DNA of 64,000 bases from Coniocarpon cinnabarinum (Eukaryota): the NCBI GenBank assembly GCA_051942205.1, contig JAVECO010000030.1, positions 62,001 through 126,000 of the forward strand, in the 5' to 3' direction. The position numbers and the translations under genes were made by a program. The notes below the pieces were generated by a model. That model had not been told where the DNA came from and did no database searches. It saw nothing but the letters and a program-made list of their open reading frames with translations. This document shows positions 61,416 through 64,000 of this stretch, in pieces (positions within the stretch are counted from its first letter, which is position 1; each line of letters opens with the position of its first letter).

Positions 61416-63633
61416 TCATCTCCTCGTGTCTTTGGAGAGACCGAATTCGGCTCCTATTGCGCGCGTGCCTGACAAGGGATGCGCTTCCCGTTTCTGTGGG
61501 GAGACAAGAACGCCAAAAAGAACGATGTGCAGCGCAAGCAAGTACAATGCAAACAGATTCCGGCTGACACGATTCGCGAGCACTACCTTTGTGGCCTGCA
61601 AGAACGCCCGCTCGATGAGACTCATTCTCTTCATTGCACGCATGGACTCGTGACCTCGGAACGCAGCAAAGGGTGATATATGTGATTCGTAGGCAGATTT
61701 GTAACGGTCCAAGGCAGTGCCGTTCTCGGACATCTGAATGGTAGATGGATTGGGATTCAACGTCGCTGTGGCGGCAGCTGGCTGATTCCGGCCGTACGCC
61801 GAAACGTATCGAGTTTTTTCATAGAGATTCAGATTGTCCTTCTGGAGCGCTGCGATCTCTGATCTCAAGGCTGAAACCGACTTGTAGGCTTTTGCGTTCT
61901 CGGCCTCAAGTTCGGTGATGCGTTTTTTGAACCGATCTCGTTGTGCTGTGATCATGGGTAGCATCCCTGAGCCGGCGCCATACACATCGCCGGGGCCCCT
62001 CGCACCGTCGATGCCTGATATGATGGATGACGTTGGTGAGGCACGTCCTTTGCGTGGAATAGTAGCCCCTGGATGTCTTGAGACGTGTGTGCCAACGGCT
62101 GACATCGCGAGGGCCTCTGCTGCGCCCTCGTATTGTATTTTGGAAAGATCATTTTCAAGCGTAGCGTTGAGCTGGTGGAGCCTGTCCAGCTCCGCACTGT
62201 TGTCCGTGAAGTTGCGTTTCAATCGTTCGAGCTGCGACGCGAGATCTTGATGCGACACTCTCATCACCGTGAGTTCGTTGTTGAGCTTTTTGTTTCTTGC
62301 CATTAGCAGTCGCTCCAGAGGCTGTCTGCCGACAGATCCTTCGTCTGTGACTGCCTCTTCGTCATTCAATCTTGCCTCTACCTCGTCTTCATTATCCCCA
62401 GTCGCAAACTCAATTGATTTAAGAATCTCAAGCTCGCGTTTCACGTCTTCGTAATCTTGCCAGCCTCTCATCCTCGTTCTCAGGTTATCCCGATCTTCCG
62501 TCAACATGGAAATCTCCCGCTTGAGCGCCCGCATGCTGCTGTCCCAGTCTCTGCGAAGCGCGTCCCTCTCAAACCGGGCTTCATCTGTTTTCCGCATTAA
62601 TGAGAAATTTTCGGTGCGAAGTCTAAGGAAGGCTGGATCTTCTTCAACCGGGGCGGAGCGTATGTCGACAGATGGGGCTGTCGCCTTCTGAGCAAGCTCG
62701 AGTCTCATCTGCTCGTTCCTTGCTTCCACTGCTACGAGTCGATTGTTCACCCTCTCCAGATCCGTATTCAAGATACTAAGCTCGGCGGCCGAGGCAGCTG
62801 ATTGTGCAGCAGACTCGTCATTCTTGCCTAGACGTTGTGAAACTTCGTAACTAGCTTTCAGCTCCTTCACTAGACGATCTTGGTTGTCTACGCGTTCTTC
62901 GAGACTCTTCTCCTTAGATGACCAATTGTCTTCCTTTTCAGCCAATACTGCTGACCAGGACTGTTCAGCTTCCTTGACTCGTGCGTCGCCTTGCTCTTGT
63001 AACGACTGTCGCGCCAGCACTTCATGCTTGAGTTTTGTCTCTGCATCGTCAAGTTGTGAAGAAAGCTTCGCATTTGCGGCTTGAAGGTGAGCCTTCTCAG
63101 CTTCTAATTTTGGAACAGTCTCGTCGGCAGTCACAAGAGAGTCAACCGAAGCCTCAAGCAGAGGATAAGGGTCAGGTGCTTCGGAAAGCAGGGAGTAAAC
63201 GTGGAGAAACGAGCTGTGCACAGTCTTTGAATGATTAGTGACGAGATCGATGTAGCCTTGATAAGCTTTCAGTAAGCTCTTGACTTCATTGAGCTTGCTG
63301 CCATCGTCAAGCTTGCGAAAGTCCTTGGTTTTTTGTGCAAGCTCTTTCCGTTCTATGAGCGCATCTCGTTGTTGCGCGACGAGGTCCGATGCTGTGGTGT
63401 CCAGATTCGGCACGAGCTTCGTCAAGTCAATATCTGCGCAGGAGTGTCAGTTGCAACCCAGACTCAAACTAAAGACCTGAGCACGCACTTCGCCAAGACG
63501 ATATAGCACGTTGGAACTTGTTGTCCGAAGAATGCTTCTCTCCACGCTCCTGCTGCGATTCAAGCTCATCGCCAGACTGCTCCAATATAGCCGGTGCTTC
63601 TCTTGAGTCACTAACTTCCACATCGGCGTCCAT
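61416..63633 (-). CDS. COY1: CASP/Coy1 Golgi coiled-coil protein; intron ~63435-63490
   Basis: RKELAQKTKDFRK, LSEAPDPYPLL, QRDRFK, DNLNLYEKTRY and C-terminal TM YLLALHIVLF. Confidence 0.9.
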
Positions 63634-64000
63634 GATTCTTCCTCCCTCTTGTGTTCCCTAAGATGACCTTCTCTAAGCGCCTTAGAGCATGTGGCGCGAT
63701 GCTAGCTTGGAATGCCTATGGTCTCAGCCTTCGATCTCTGGGTTTGCATGAATTTGAGACGACAGTGCACCCAGCTTGCATGCCTTGGATCCAGAATTGC
63801 GCAGCGACATGATCCACGCTACGACCTGTGCGGGTTCACATCATGGTATGGGAGCTGATTCGGGATTCCGCCGCGTAATTGCGATAAATATCACTAGTGC
63901 AGCTGATCAAGCCCCGTCACGAGTGAAGTCACTTGTATCTCACCACCAGCTCTGTACTCACACAATGACTTCTGCCCTTAGCGATGAGCAATTAAAGGAG

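Overview
Eukaryotic, intron-containing DNA from a filamentous ascomycete (Pezizomycotina-type GT-AG introns of about 50-140 nt with CTRAC/CTAAC branch sites; species not determinable by eye). About 20 protein-coding loci are present. Conserved housekeeping genes lie at both ends: BNI4-like and ARL3 on the left; DIP2/CPS1, ferric reductase, UTP10, NRDE2, a DENN-like protein, a CDF transporter, DUF3455 and COY1 on the right. The stretch from about 5.5 to 36 kb is richer in accessory content: a CorA-like protein, two pseudogenes, a caspase-like protease / small protein / DUF6594 trio, an MFS transporter, an SDR, and a divergent Hsp70-12-like + GrpE/MIEAP-like pair, interleaved with LEU4 and TES1. 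The most striking unexplained signal is a ~170-bp dispersed intergenic element with 8 clear and about 5 degenerate copies. It has imperfect ~31-bp terminal inverted repeats, internal hairpins including a compensatory change, and nearly fixed spacing despite ~30% substitution divergence. A second signal is a ~260-nt strongly self-complementary, T5-terminated segment inside an unusually long TES1 intron. All family assignments are from motif recognition by eye, not database searches; exon boundaries were inferred manually.
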